Positions 45,187 through 55,889 of a stretch of DNA of 64,000 nucleotides are shown in pieces. The first letter of the stretch is position 1, and every line of letters starts with the position of its first letter. The stretch is from a virus (lineage: Duplodnaviria > Caudoviricetes), in IMG/VR virus record IMGVR_UViG_3300028888_000063, positions 1 through 64,000 of that record. One strand, 5' to 3'. A program made the position numbers and the translations under genes. The notes below the pieces were generated by a model. That model did not search any database, was not told the origin of the DNA, and saw only the letters and a list, made by a program, of their open reading frames with translations.

Positions 45187-47946
45187 ATGGCAGCTTCAAA
45201 TAGATTATATCCACCAGTTCTGGATTATGCCATGCCAGCTTTTGCCTTAGAAAATTTAGAAACAACTGGTGTTAGAATATATTTTTCAATTCCAGTTTAT
45301 AACTCCGTGGGAGATATAGGATCAGTTCATGTAACGGTACGTTATTTAGACAGTAATGCAAATGCATTAGCTGGATCATATCCTGCAAAAATTAAAGTTT
45401 GTCAAATGAATTCAGTAACTTTAGATGAAGATCCTATAAGATTTGCACGAAATGACAAATATTATATTACTTTATTTAACTCAGATTTAGCAAAAGGCTT
45501 TGAAACAGGTACTGTTTATAAAATTCAGTTACGTTTTAGTGCTTTAGCTTATACCGCAGGCGGTGGTTCGCCCAGCGCATCGTGGTTTAATGAGTATTAT
45601 GCTAGTTTTTCTGAATGGTCTACAGTAAGTTTAATTCGTCCTATCCAGAAACCAGAATACACAGTTTTAGGACTGGAGGATGCCGCCACAGGTTCCGCCG
45701 TTTCATATACTTCTGTTGATTCTGTTTTTACTGTTACTTATTCTCAAAAAGATCAATCTGAACCGTTAAAATCTTGGCGTGCTAGATTATATGATGAAAA
45801 TAAAGCTCATTTGTTAGCAGATAGTAGCTGGCATACTTATAATAATTATAATTATCTCCCAGTGGATGAGCAAGGGATTGTAGCTTTTGATGCTATTTTA
45901 CCTTATGAAATGTCAGCTAATCATATGTACGTTTTAGTTTTAGATATTGAAACTAGAAATGGATATACATCTACTACAGATTTTCCATTTACTTGTGTTC
46001 AAGCTACAACAGATTTTTTTGATGGTTCTGTAAGTTTTGATATTAATGAAGAAGAAGGTTATGCAACAATACATGTAGCTTCTAATTCTTCATTAAGTAA
46101 TAATGTAGTTGTCAGACGCACTTCTTCAAGAAGTAACTTCACTGTTTGGGAAGATATTTCAGTAAAAACTGTTATTAATGATGTATTAAATTGGGATTTT
46201 AAAGATTTTACAATAGAATCTGGAGTATGGTACAGATATGGTGTCCAGATTCGAGATGTGCGTGGCCGCCGCGGGCCTTTATCAGTTTTAACAGATATGA
46301 AAATGGGTGAGTTTGAACATGCATTTTTATTAGGCGAAGGTGGAGTTCAATTAAAACTTAAATATGATTTTAATATTTCAACTGCAAATATTACGGTTTC
46401 AGAAAATAAAACTGATACAATTGGTTCTAAATATCCTTTTGTTCGTAGAAATGGCAACATGTATTATAGAACATTTCAATGTTCAGGTCTTATTACTGGA
46501 TATATGGATATGGAAGAACATTTATTTACAACCAACGATGAGATTTTAGATCAAAATACTGCTCGATATAAAGCGATTCGAGATCAAGTCAATGAAGTTG
46601 TAAATCAATACGATTATACTTATGAGCGTGAATTTAGACGAATTGTACAAGATTTTTTATATGATAATAAAGTAAAATTATTTAAATCTTTACAAGAAGG
46701 TAATATTTTAGTTAAATTACTAAATATTTCTTTAACCCCTAAAAACAATTTAGGAAGGTTACTTTATTCATTTACTGCTCAGGCAATAGAAATCGGCGAA
46801 CCAACTATTCAAAACTTCAATGATTATAAATTGCAAGTAGTTGGGGCATACTCTACTTCTATTAATTTTTCACAGAATAGACTAGGGCAAGTTAGTAGTT
46901 TTAATTACTTTGATTCTAATGATAAGCCAGTTTATAAAGTAATACCGGCGCGGACTAATTTAATTCAAGAGATTAGTAAAAATTATGGTTGGAATTATAA
47001 TTTAAATGGTGCATTATCTAGTATTACTCCAAGCAATGGACTAGTTGTTAAAGATTTTCAAGTGACGCATTTAAGAATAGAGTTTGAGTCGCCGCCCTAT
47101 TTAATTTTAAGGAGCGGAGATTCACTTACACCATTTGATGATTTAAACTATTCTTCTATTGCTAATTCTGGTGATATGAAAGATTTATTACTTGGATGGT
47201 TATTATATATAGATGGAGTTACTGTTTTGGTACAGCCACCTAATAATATATATGAATTAAAAGATGATGCTTTAATTTTACACTCTAATAGTGTTATTTA
47301 TCCATATAAAGATTGTGAAATGAGTGTGTATTATGCCGCTCAAATTAATCAAGAAGTTGATGAATCTAATATTCCAGTCAGTTTAAGTTTAATCACTTCT
47401 ATTGGACAGCTTTGGAGAATTTTTACACCTGATACTACTCAGGAAAATATTGTTGCTTTATTGAGTAATCAATATACTTATAATGATCGTAATACACGAT
47501 ATACTTTTTCAAGTTTAAATTTTGCAGATATAGAAGCAGATCCAGGAACAATTATATATGCAAGATCTACTGCTACTTCAGAAGATACAAAATTTATAAT
47601 GAATGAAACTGGCCATTTATTATTAGACCCAGGTCTTTCTGGCGTGAATATAGCATCTCTACATTTTGAAGGTAAAGAATTCGATTTTAGATATGTTTAT
47701 ACTGATAATGGTGGAGAATTTAGTGTAGATAAATTTATTGAGATACACAATAATGGTAATTCTAAGCCAACTCATGCACGAGATTTTGATTATTATATAG
47801 ATTCTGAATTAGGTTTACAAATGTTTTATCATAGAAAATGGCGGAATGCTGTTAAAATTAATGATTATACCTATGATATTCAATTCCCTGTTGAAGCGAT
47901 AATTAATTATCAAATTCAACAAACGAAGGGAGTGTATAGTACCTAA
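45187..47946 (+). CDS. distal-tail / baseplate protein
   Basis: 919 aa; FN3-like segment (DFTIESGVWYRYGV) and Dit-like segment (DTIGSKYPFVRRNG...YRTF..SGLI). Confidence 0.65.
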   Translation: MAASNRLYPPVLDYAMPAFALENLETTGVRIYFSIPVYNSVGDIGSVHVTVRYLDSNANALAGSYPAKIKVCQMNSVTLDEDPIRFARNDKYYITLFNSDLAKGFETGTVYKIQLRFSALAYTAGGGSPSASWFNEYYASFSEWSTVSLIRPIQKPEYTVLGLEDAATGSAVSYTSVDSVFTVTYSQKDQSEPLKSWRARLYDENKAHLLADSSWHTYNNYNYLPVDEQGIVAFDAILPYEMSANHMYVLVLDIETRNGYTSTTDFPFTCVQATTDFFDGSVSFDINEEEGYATIHVASNSSLSNNVVVRRTSSRSNFTVWEDISVKTVINDVLNWDFKDFTIESGVWYRYGVQIRDVRGRRGPLSVLTDMKMGEFEHAFLLGEGGVQLKLKYDFNISTANITVSENKTDTIGSKYPFVRRNGNMYYRTFQCSGLITGYMDMEEHLFTTNDEILDQNTARYKAIRDQVNEVVNQYDYTYEREFRRIVQDFLYDNKVKLFKSLQEGNILVKLLNISLTPKNNLGRLLYSFTAQAIEIGEPTIQNFNDYKLQVVGAYSTSINFSQNRLGQVSSFNYFDSNDKPVYKVIPARTNLIQEISKNYGWNYNLNGALSSITPSNGLVVKDFQVTHLRIEFESPPYLILRSGDSLTPFDDLNYSSIANSGDMKDLLLGWLLYIDGVTVLVQPPNNIYELKDDALILHSNSVIYPYKDCEMSVYYAAQINQEVDESNIPVSLSLITSIGQLWRIFTPDTTQENIVALLSNQYTYNDRNTRYTFSSLNFADIEADPGTIIYARSTATSEDTKFIMNETGHLLLDPGLSGVNIASLHFEGKEFDFRYVYTDNGGEFSVDKFIEIHNNGNSKPTHARDFDYYIDSELGLQMFYHRKWRNAVKINDYTYDIQFPVEAIINYQIQQTKGVYST

Positions 47947-50096
47947 TGGATGATTTTTTAAAGGATAGAGTTTTTTTAGATGCATTTGATAATTTGCCTG
48001 TAAAAAATCAGTTTGTTAAATTAACAGTTCTTTCTTGGAATGAAGAACCTTTAAGTGAAATTCAAGGAAAAGTAGTAAGCGGGAATTTAAATTTAAATGG
48101 TTCTTCTTCTTTAAGAAGAACAGCTAATTTGACTATTTTTGCAGAAGAAAAAGAAAATGATTTATCGCAAATAGATACTGATTTATCTATTAATAGGAAA
48201 ATAAAATTAGAAATTGGTTTTGAAAATACTGTTCCACCTTATATTTATCTTGCTTATAATGAGCAAAGTCAACGATTAGTTGAAAATCAAATTGATTATA
48301 GAGATTTATATGGTGATATGATCTGGTTCCCATTGGGAATTTATGTTATATTTGATCCGAATATTTCTCATAGTACAAATGGTGTTTCAATTACTTTGAC
48401 TTTAAAAGATAAAATGTGTTTATTAAATGGGGATGCAGGTGGAAAATTGCCAGCAAGTACAGAATTTCATTTACGCGAGCAAGAAGATGAAGATGGGATA
48501 GTTACCGTGGATGCTCCAATAATTAGACAAATTATTCAAGAGTGTGTACAGCATTTAGGCGGCGAGGATCCCGCTCGTGTGATCATTGCTGATCTAGATG
48601 ATAGATTGCGGCAGGTTGTTAGGTGGATGTCTGATGACCCATTATATTATGCACAAGCGCCAGTAACTAGCATAGATAATGTAGGCCAATCTAAATATTT
48701 TCTAGATTATGACGAAGCTGTCCGATGGGCGGCCGGAGTATCTAGCGCCAATGCGTATGATGATCTTAGCGATAGTGCGAAGAGTGAAGCAGCCGCCGCA
48801 GTTACAATTATTTCTTATGGGCAAGAAGCAGGATTTATTATGACTGATTTTATTTACCCAGGAGAATTAATTGGAGACGCAGGAGAAACTATTACTAGTG
48901 TTTTAGATAAAATAATTTCCATTTTAGGAAATTATGAATATTTTTATGATGTATATGGTAATTTTAGATTCCAAGAAATAAAGAATTATTTAAATATTAC
49001 CTATACAACACAAATGTTAAAAAATAAAACTCAATATTCTGATGCAGAGGCTAATTACATTTCGAACATGACCGGCGTCCGCAGCGAGAATGAAATTGAT
49101 TATAGTGTAGATATTACAGGAAATGAACGTGCAGCATATACCTTTGCAGGTTCTAAATTGATTTCTTCTTTTGCTAACGCGCCAAAATACAGTAATGTAA
49201 AAAATGATTTTGTAGTATGGGGAGTTAGAACTGCCGCAGATGGTAGCACTAAAATTCCTATTCGATACCATTTAGCTATTGATAAAAGACCTGAAATGCA
49301 ATGGGATGAAAGTGCTAGTGAATGGTATTATCAAGATCATGAACATATTACTTTTTATACAGATGAATATGATGTTAAAAGAGCTAAGGTTCATTTATCT
49401 ACAACAGATGCAAGTTCTGAAGGTGGAGAGACTGTAAGAACTTATGATTGGCGTGAAGAAATGTATTTTCAAGGTATTGAAGCTTCTTCTACTGGTTCAG
49501 ATTATCCTTATTATTTTACTGAATTAGTGTCAGAGTGGCCTAAGCTTTGGGATTTTGATAATCATAAATTTAAGCAAACAGTTGGTTATAATCCTGCGGG
49601 GATTGATTTCTTCTTAGACATATTGGATGAAAATTCAGAAGTGGGTAAATATAGTGTTAATAATATTGGCAGAAGAAGTGAAGTAGTCTCTGATGATAGT
49701 ATTAACTGTGTATTTGAGCAAGAGGTGCCAGATGTAGTATTTATTTCAACTGCGCAGGGACCAGAGGAAATGGAGTATATTAGAGCTGAATGTGATGCTA
49801 TTGGTCAAGAGTATATTCAGGTTGATGAGTCTATTTACAATCTTCTTTCTATTGGTGGAAAACAAAATTCGTGCTATCAAAGAGTTTGTGAAATGCTTTA
49901 TCAATTTACTAATATGAATAATTCTATTACATTGCAGACTATTCCTATTTATTATCTAGAACCAAATACAAGAATTAATGTCCAAGATCCTGCTTCTGGA
50001 ATTTATGGAGATTTTGTTATTCAAACTATCTCACTTCCTCTAACTGTTGCAGGAAATATGAATATTACTGCAAATAAAGCCTTGCAAAAGATTTAA
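47946..50096 (+). CDS. tail hub (Tal-like) baseplate protein
   Basis: 716 aa; SSLRRTANL, YEYFYDVYGNFRFQ and PIYYLEPNTRI motifs of hub proteins. Confidence 0.65.
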   Translation: MDDFLKDRVFLDAFDNLPVKNQFVKLTVLSWNEEPLSEIQGKVVSGNLNLNGSSSLRRTANLTIFAEEKENDLSQIDTDLSINRKIKLEIGFENTVPPYIYLAYNEQSQRLVENQIDYRDLYGDMIWFPLGIYVIFDPNISHSTNGVSITLTLKDKMCLLNGDAGGKLPASTEFHLREQEDEDGIVTVDAPIIRQIIQECVQHLGGEDPARVIIADLDDRLRQVVRWMSDDPLYYAQAPVTSIDNVGQSKYFLDYDEAVRWAAGVSSANAYDDLSDSAKSEAAAAVTIISYGQEAGFIMTDFIYPGELIGDAGETITSVLDKIISILGNYEYFYDVYGNFRFQEIKNYLNITYTTQMLKNKTQYSDAEANYISNMTGVRSENEIDYSVDITGNERAAYTFAGSKLISSFANAPKYSNVKNDFVVWGVRTAADGSTKIPIRYHLAIDKRPEMQWDESASEWYYQDHEHITFYTDEYDVKRAKVHLSTTDASSEGGETVRTYDWREEMYFQGIEASSTGSDYPYYFTELVSEWPKLWDFDNHKFKQTVGYNPAGIDFFLDILDENSEVGKYSVNNIGRRSEVVSDDSINCVFEQEVPDVVFISTAQGPEEMEYIRAECDAIGQEYIQVDESIYNLLSIGGKQNSCYQRVCEMLYQFTNMNNSITLQTIPIYYLEPNTRINVQDPASGIYGDFVIQTISLPLTVAGNMNITANKALQKI

Positions 50097-50111
50097 AGGA
50101 GATAAAAGGAT

Positions 50112-50993
50112 ATGAGTATAAAAATAGGGCAAATCCGAAAAAATCCTTCCACTCAATATATTAGCACTTTATCTAGCTATAGTTTAGGAACCTTCCAAAG
50201 TGCGGGAGCTGGCAGTACAACATTTTCAGATTTTGCTATTAGAGCAAGTTTCCGAGCGGGAACTACATATTATGTAAGAGTTGCTATTAATCGTATTAAT
50301 ATTAATACTATTATGGGAAATTCAACAGGCGCAGGAGATAATGACCCTCATAATCAATATATTGATATTAAGTTATTTGCAGAAGACACTGCGAATTCAG
50401 AATACCAACGGATTGGGGAGTCTGTTTTAGTCGAACCTTATTTAAACGAAGATACAGCAAGTTCATTGGAAAATGAATCTGCTTTTATGAATTGGTGTGC
50501 TGCTTGCGTAAGAGATAATAATCCTTCCATGAATTTATATCCCGGAGCTAGTATATATTATGCTAATTTAGTAGAAATTTATAATCAGCGAAAAGCAAAT
50601 TATACTGGATTAGAAACTAATATTACAGAACCAACTAAAGCAATTGAGATTGTATTTACCCCTTATAGGGATGCTCAAGTATTAGTATTTCAATTAAGCC
50701 GGGTTGCTTATGACTATAGCTTTACCCCACGAATTGTGTCAATTGATACAACAGCAGGAAATAGAGATATTGCTACAGTTAATAATCTCTTTAATGGGAT
50801 TATTGGTATGGCTAATAAAATTGGAGTTCAATCTCGACCGGGTGCATTGGTAGTTATTAATCAAACTCCAATGAGATTAGGTAAAAGTGGAATATTGGAG
50901 ATTAATAATGGTATTCCAATAACCTATTTTGGGATGGTTGCTCCAAGTAACCAAGTTAGTGAATTTCTTGCAGATTATTCTTATACAGCATAA
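50112..50993 (+). CDS. baseplate/tail protein
   Basis: 293 aa, operon context. Confidence 0.6.
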   Translation: MSIKIGQIRKNPSTQYISTLSSYSLGTFQSAGAGSTTFSDFAIRASFRAGTTYYVRVAINRININTIMGNSTGAGDNDPHNQYIDIKLFAEDTANSEYQRIGESVLVEPYLNEDTASSLENESAFMNWCAACVRDNNPSMNLYPGASIYYANLVEIYNQRKANYTGLETNITEPTKAIEIVFTPYRDAQVLVFQLSRVAYDYSFTPRIVSIDTTAGNRDIATVNNLFNGIIGMANKIGVQSRPGALVVINQTPMRLGKSGILEINNGIPITYFGMVAPSNQVSEFLADYSYTA

Positions 50994-51009
50994 AGGGAGG
51001 ATTTAAATT

Positions 51010-52956
51010 ATGTATTCTTTTTATGGCGGCAAGCAAGGACATTCTTATAAAATAGTTGCACATTATAATAGTATCTATGATATGGTGCGCGCGTTCCAAG
51101 GCGGCGGTGCCTATACAGCAGTTAATTATGATGAATATGTTATTATAGATACTGTTATTGAAAGAAATCAAAAAAATAATTTAGAAAATGGTATTTTATA
51201 TCGGCGTGGATATAATTTCTCTGAAGAATTTAATCCAAGTGCAATACCATTAAATGACGCAAATACTACACTATCACCTAATCAATTGACTGCAGCACCA
51301 GTTACTTTATCTGCAAATGAATACGGTGTTGAGTATGAATATGGAACTGTAGATAGTGGTATTTATAGTGTTTCTGCGCGGGTTCCAAGGTATAAAGATT
51401 TTAGTTATATCTTATACAATGATGGAACTTATGAAATTTTGGTTAGCGATGATGGATTCCATACAGATCAATGGAATGATGACTGGCGTACGTTCGTTGA
51501 GCATCCTGGCGGTGGTGCTGAATATATAGGTCAAATTGTTGGGCCAGAAGGTGCTACCCCTTCAGTTGCAGTAATTAGTTGGGATGATTTACGTGATTAT
51601 AGACAGAGCGGGGAAGGCGCCGCAGAAGAAGTTCAAGGAGGCTTTATAGTTGACCCTCGGCCAGGATATGACCCAACCGCCGCAGGTACAGAAGGGTATG
51701 ACTTAAATGGATTTCATGATGAAATTCAATATGCTCACTGTACACTAAGAGATGCAGATGGTAATGTCACAGGTTCATATATTGCTTTTGATATTCCATA
51801 TACTGTCTTTACTTTTGAAGCACAAAGTATTAGTCCATATGATACTACTTACGGAACTTATGATGAGACTACGGAAACCTGGTCTTATCAAGGATTAGTT
51901 TCAGAAGGCGCCGAGTCTATTGGGCATCCTTTTTATAAATCTTATCATATTAAAATTCCTAAAGGTATCCATGGTCAAGATTTAGAGAGTGTACAAACTA
52001 AATATTATAATGCTACAGATTCTGAAGTAGCTGGTAGTCGCGATGATTTAGAAGATGGTTTATGGTTAACTTATAAGACTAAAACTTATAATGATACAGG
52101 TGAGCCAATAGCATCAGCAGAGATTCCAATTGATCCATATAAAGTTATTTCTTCTATTGATATACTTTATCGTGGTGCTTCTGAAGCAGGCCCGCATACC
52201 TATCCTTTTCAAACTATTTTCCATTATACTTATGGATCAGACACTGTATTAGATCTTAATTCTATTGATAGAATTTGGAGACAAGAAGAGACTTCTGGAA
52301 ATTTATTAGTCAATCATATTTATGCTTTAATGGCTAATAGTGATGTAGCTACTGATTTAGGTTTAGTACGTCAAGTATATTCAGTTGAAAAAGACCCAAC
52401 AGATTTAAACTTTTATACTTATTACACCGATGACACAACAGAAGAGCGATTAGCTCATAGAACTATTTTCCCAGTTGCCGAAATTGAGCAAATGAAATTG
52501 CGCGGCGATTTAGTATTAATTAAGTATAAAGATGTCCCGAACAGTTTTTATACTGATTCTGGTGTACCTACTTACACAGACCCTGTTACTAATGAAATTT
52601 GGTTTAATTTAGGTTCTTGCGTTAAAGGTAACCATATTTATACTAATTTTGAGACATATGAAGATTTAGTTGCTGCATATCCTTATGGTTTAGGTTATAC
52701 TAGTACTGGGGCAGTAGATCCAACTACTCAAGAGAGAATGGGTTGGAATATTACAGTTGGTGCTGATAATAATTATAGTATTTATGCCTATGATTATATA
52801 AATGGCGGTTGGTATAAGATGCAAGATCTGGGTGCAAGTAGTATTAAACCTTTATACACCATGTTAGTAGCACCTGCAAATCAGCAAGGTTTACCAGATT
52901 CTTTGGATGCCGCGTTATTACAGGAGAATGGATATTGGTTTGTTGCTTCTGAATAA
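51010..52956 (+). CDS. tail/baseplate protein
   Basis: 648 aa, SFYGG N-terminus, GQIVGPEG and IPKGIHG short collagen-like motifs. Confidence 0.6.
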   Translation: MYSFYGGKQGHSYKIVAHYNSIYDMVRAFQGGGAYTAVNYDEYVIIDTVIERNQKNNLENGILYRRGYNFSEEFNPSAIPLNDANTTLSPNQLTAAPVTLSANEYGVEYEYGTVDSGIYSVSARVPRYKDFSYILYNDGTYEILVSDDGFHTDQWNDDWRTFVEHPGGGAEYIGQIVGPEGATPSVAVISWDDLRDYRQSGEGAAEEVQGGFIVDPRPGYDPTAAGTEGYDLNGFHDEIQYAHCTLRDADGNVTGSYIAFDIPYTVFTFEAQSISPYDTTYGTYDETTETWSYQGLVSEGAESIGHPFYKSYHIKIPKGIHGQDLESVQTKYYNATDSEVAGSRDDLEDGLWLTYKTKTYNDTGEPIASAEIPIDPYKVISSIDILYRGASEAGPHTYPFQTIFHYTYGSDTVLDLNSIDRIWRQEETSGNLLVNHIYALMANSDVATDLGLVRQVYSVEKDPTDLNFYTYYTDDTTEERLAHRTIFPVAEIEQMKLRGDLVLIKYKDVPNSFYTDSGVPTYTDPVTNEIWFNLGSCVKGNHIYTNFETYEDLVAAYPYGLGYTSTGAVDPTTQERMGWNITVGADNNYSIYAYDYINGGWYKMQDLGASSIKPLYTMLVAPANQQGLPDSLDAALLQENGYWFVASE

Positions 52957-53021
52957 TTAGGTCAAAACAATATAATTTTATTATTATTTTCTTTGATATT
53001 AGGTAGAAAGGAGAAAAAGTT

Positions 53022-53324
53022 ATGGCAATAAATTTAGTTCAAGGTGCAATTGGACAATTAAAAGGCCCTTTTTCTCAAGGTGAAAGTATTAGTTTCGCGG
53101 GAGCTGGAGTAAAAATCGGTTTTGCTATTGGTGAGAAAGATTTTATGAAGGCAGGAAATCCTAATACAAATAACGGTTTTGCAATTCAGATCAACGATCA
53201 ATTAGTTAGAATGGGGCGCACATATTTATATGAAACTGATGATAGTACAGAAATTACTACCGTTAGTTTTCCACAAGGCGCGCCCCCAAGCTTATTAATA
53301 GATTATGTAATTGCGGAAACCTAA
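53022..53324 (+). CDS. small baseplate protein
   Basis: 100 aa; resembles C-terminus of 50112-50993. Confidence 0.6.
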   Translation: MAINLVQGAIGQLKGPFSQGESISFAGAGVKIGFAIGEKDFMKAGNPNTNNGFAIQINDQLVRMGRTYLYETDDSTEITTVSFPQGAPPSLLIDYVIAET

Positions 53325-53342
53325 GAGAGATAAGGAGTTTTT

Positions 53343-53714
53343 ATGTATAGAATAAAGGAAATACGTCAAAAAGATTCCGAAGGTCAATTTCCAACTACTT
53401 ATCCCATTGGTACAGATGGCACTTTAGTAGATATGCTTAGCGGCCTAGATAATGAAGTTGAATTAAAACTAGGCGGAAATCATGATAGTTATATAGAAGA
53501 AGTTAGTGATACAGTAACCAGAATTACTGAAACATATTATGATTTAGCACATGATAGAACTTATGTTTGTGTTACTACAATTACAGAGAACCAAGATAAC
53601 ACTACTACTATTGTGATCGTACTCTCTCAAAATGATGTTGAAATTAGGCGTAAAACAGTGACTATTCCTGTTGATGCTGCTACTATGAATATTAGAGAGG
53701 AGCTAGGTTTGTAA
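53343..53714 (+). CDS. small tail protein
   Basis: 123 aa; N-terminus resembles fibre N-terminus (RIKE...PIG). Confidence 0.6.
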   Translation: MYRIKEIRQKDSEGQFPTTYPIGTDGTLVDMLSGLDNEVELKLGGNHDSYIEEVSDTVTRITETYYDLAHDRTYVCVTTITENQDNTTTIVIVLSQNDVEIRRKTVTIPVDAATMNIREELGL

Positions 53715-54001
53715 TGAGTGCATGGCCTGAGGCAATATATATAATTAAAAAATTACAAAAATCTATCAATGAACTAGCTGATATTGATGCAGATATTGCT
53801 AGAATTGATTCAAATATAGCTGCCGCAAACCTTAGTCTTGCGGGGCTGCAAACTAGATTAGAAAATTTAGAAACTGAGAAAGATGAATTTGATAAGGTTA
53901 TGACTATTATTGATACTAATGTAGGTACTAGTCAAGCTCCTTCTCCATCAACTCCGCATAGTGTAACGCGGTATTCAGTTTTTCTTATACAAAGTCCATA
54001 A
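53714..54001 (+). CDS. small coiled-coil tail protein
   Basis: 95 aa, coupled to upstream ORF. Confidence 0.6.
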   Translation: MSAWPEAIYIIKKLQKSINELADIDADIARIDSNIAAANLSLAGLQTRLENLETEKDEFDKVMTIIDTNVGTSQAPSPSTPHSVTRYSVFLIQSP

Positions 54002-54016
54002 GGAGTGATTTAACTT

Positions 54017-54277
54017 ATGGGAGAAAATAGTTCTTTAGAAAGATTAGCTGAATTAGAAGAAGAGTCTGAACAATTAATAGATGATGTTCAAACATTCTCT
54101 GATTCTATTGATGATTTTCAAGATATACTTGATGATTCACCATATGATTATGTAAATCAAAAGAAATCAATTGTAACAACTATGTCTAATCGTCAGCCTA
54201 ATTTTGTTGGGAAATACGCGGGAATGACTAATGCAGATTTTGCGGCTGGCTCTATTTGTTACGTTGTAAGTAATTAA
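54017..54277 (+). CDS. small tail-associated protein
   Basis: 86 aa, AGGAG RBS. Confidence 0.6.
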   Translation: MGENSSLERLAELEEESEQLIDDVQTFSDSIDDFQDILDDSPYDYVNQKKSIVTTMSNRQPNFVGKYAGMTNADFAAGSICYVVSN

Positions 54278-54297
54278 GAGAAAAAAGGAGATTATTT

Positions 54298-55308
54298 ATG
54301 GCAAAAATAAAAGAAGTCTCTTCTTATAATGGTACGTCATGGGATACTCCAGTACCAATAGGAGCAAATGACGCAAATATTGATATTACGTCAAGTACAA
54401 CAAACCCTACTGATACCACTTCAACTTCTGCAGGGTTAGTTGATAGTAATGTTACTGTTGCGGCGGGAGACACTGCCGCTTCCGCATGGACAAAATTTAA
54501 TAGATTTAGAAAAAGAGTGCAAAACGCATTCGGTAATTTTGCAGGAGTAACTTTAAGAACTGCATATAATACATCAAATACTAGTACTTCTGTTTATACA
54601 ACAGGTGTTATTAATAATTACATGAGTAATGTAATTGGGTATACAGGGACGACAGAGCCAAGCGCCGGAACCGTGGCCGCTCAATTAAGTTCATTAAATA
54701 GTAAAGATGCATCTCATGATACTAGTATATCTAATTTGCAAACTGGATTAGATAATGTATTTGTTTGTAAAACAGTATATAATGCAGATGATGCACCTAC
54801 TGGGGTTAGTGCGATGCCTGATGGAGCTACTAATAATCCTTTTAGTTTTTGGTGTACTATAATAACAACTTATGGGCAGGCAACTTATAAGCAACAAATT
54901 GCTATTCCTTGGGCACAAGGTGAGCAGTTTATTCTTGCTCGCAGGGTTATGGATGCTGGGACTTGGGGCGCATGGAATATAAATTATTCTACTCCTGCCT
55001 ACTACCCACTTACCCAAAATAATACTAAAATTACTGTAATTGGTGGAGGCACTTCACTTCTATTTAATAGAATGTTTTTTATCCGTGTATTATTTGAAGT
55101 AAAAAGCTCTGTTGCTAAGGATGAATCGTTATTTACATTGCCTATGCCATGTCGCCTTAATGTAGGAACTATAACTTTAATAAAACAAAATGGAGCAGGC
55201 TATGCTACTGTGGCTATACGCAATAATACAGATTTATTTGTTAATTATGGTAATGGAATTCCTTCCACAGGATGGTGGGTTTTAGACGGAATATGCTATA
55301 CTTTTTAA
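54298..55308 (+). CDS. receptor-binding side fibre: constant N-terminus (aa 1-132) plus currently fused cassette A
   Basis: Strong RBS; crossover site at 54693; pyocin-knob-like segment (QQIAIP...RR...WGAW) and beta-sandwich tip. Confidence 0.8.
   Translation: MAKIKEVSSYNGTSWDTPVPIGANDANIDITSSTTNPTDTTSTSAGLVDSNVTVAAGDTAASAWTKFNRFRKRVQNAFGNFAGVTLRTAYNTSNTSTSVYTTGVINNYMSNVIGYTGTTEPSAGTVAAQLSSLNSKDASHDTSISNLQTGLDNVFVCKTVYNADDAPTGVSAMPDGATNNPFSFWCTIITTYGQATYKQQIAIPWAQGEQFILARRVMDAGTWGAWNINYSTPAYYPLTQNNTKITVIGGGTSLLFNRMFFIRVLFEVKSSVAKDESLFTLPMPCRLNVGTITLIKQNGAGYATVAIRNNTDLFVNYGNGIPSTGWWVLDGICYTF
54693..54704 (+). repeat. shufflon crossover site 1 ATTAAATAGTAA
   Basis: In frame (TTA AAT AGT = LNS) within expressed fibre gene. 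Confidence 0.85.
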
Positions 55309-55787
55309 GGAAGCCGTCTCATAGCTATTAATATTAAATATGCATTTGTGTTATTTGTAAAAATTTTATCATCTATTTTTAAGACAGGTGCGTTAGCATA
55401 AACAGATCCATATAAATAAAAATGAGAAATAGTAGAGGGATTTGTCCAAAGTATAACAGGAATAGTAGTAGATTGATCATTATTATAAGCACTCACAATT
55501 ACAACCGATGGAGCATAAGAGAAAGTGTAAGTGCTATGTGGGTCAGCTATTGCTGTTCCACCAAAAAATAAATTTCCAAGACAAAATTGACCTGTTTTAT
55601 CTACTAGAGGATTTAACATAGTAGTACCATCTGCTGTTGTACTGGCTATATGTAATGCATAATTATTTGTTCCTCCACCTCTTCTTAATTCTGCTCTAGG
55701 TCCAGCTGTAGTACTAGTATTAGAACCTAAAGTCCATATTAACACCGGATTTTGACTAGCTGCTTTTGTATTTAAATTACTATTTAA
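55305..55787 (-). CDS. silent fibre C-terminal cassette B (160 aa, no own start)
   Basis: Frame opens right after in-frame TAA at site 2: LNSNLNTKAASQNPVLIWTLG... Confidence 0.8.
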   Translation of the reverse strand, partial: LNSNLNTKAASQNPVLIWTLGSNTSTTAGPRAELRRGGGTNNYALHIASTTADGTTMLNPLVDKTGQFCLGNLFFGGTAIADPHSTYTFSYAPSVVIVSAYNNDQSTTIPVILWTNPSTISHFYLYGSVYANAPVLKIDDKIFTNNTNAYLILIAMRRLP

Positions 55788-55788
55788 T
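55777..55788 (-). repeat. shufflon crossover site 2
   Basis: TTACTATTTAAT on + strand; flanked by TACTAT/ATAGTA inverted arms (55778-83, 55795-800). Confidence 0.85.
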
Positions 55789-55823
55789 TAACTGATAGTA
55801 TGGACTAGATTCGCTAATTTTCA

Positions 55824-55852
55824 TTGATTTTTTATAAAAAATATGTTACAAT
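55824..55852 (+). promoter_or_regulatory. promoter of recombinase
   Basis: TTGATT-17-TACAAT with extended -10 TG. Confidence 0.6.
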
Positions 55853-55889
55853 ATAAATACAAAAAATGAAACAAAATTTTTTATAAAGG

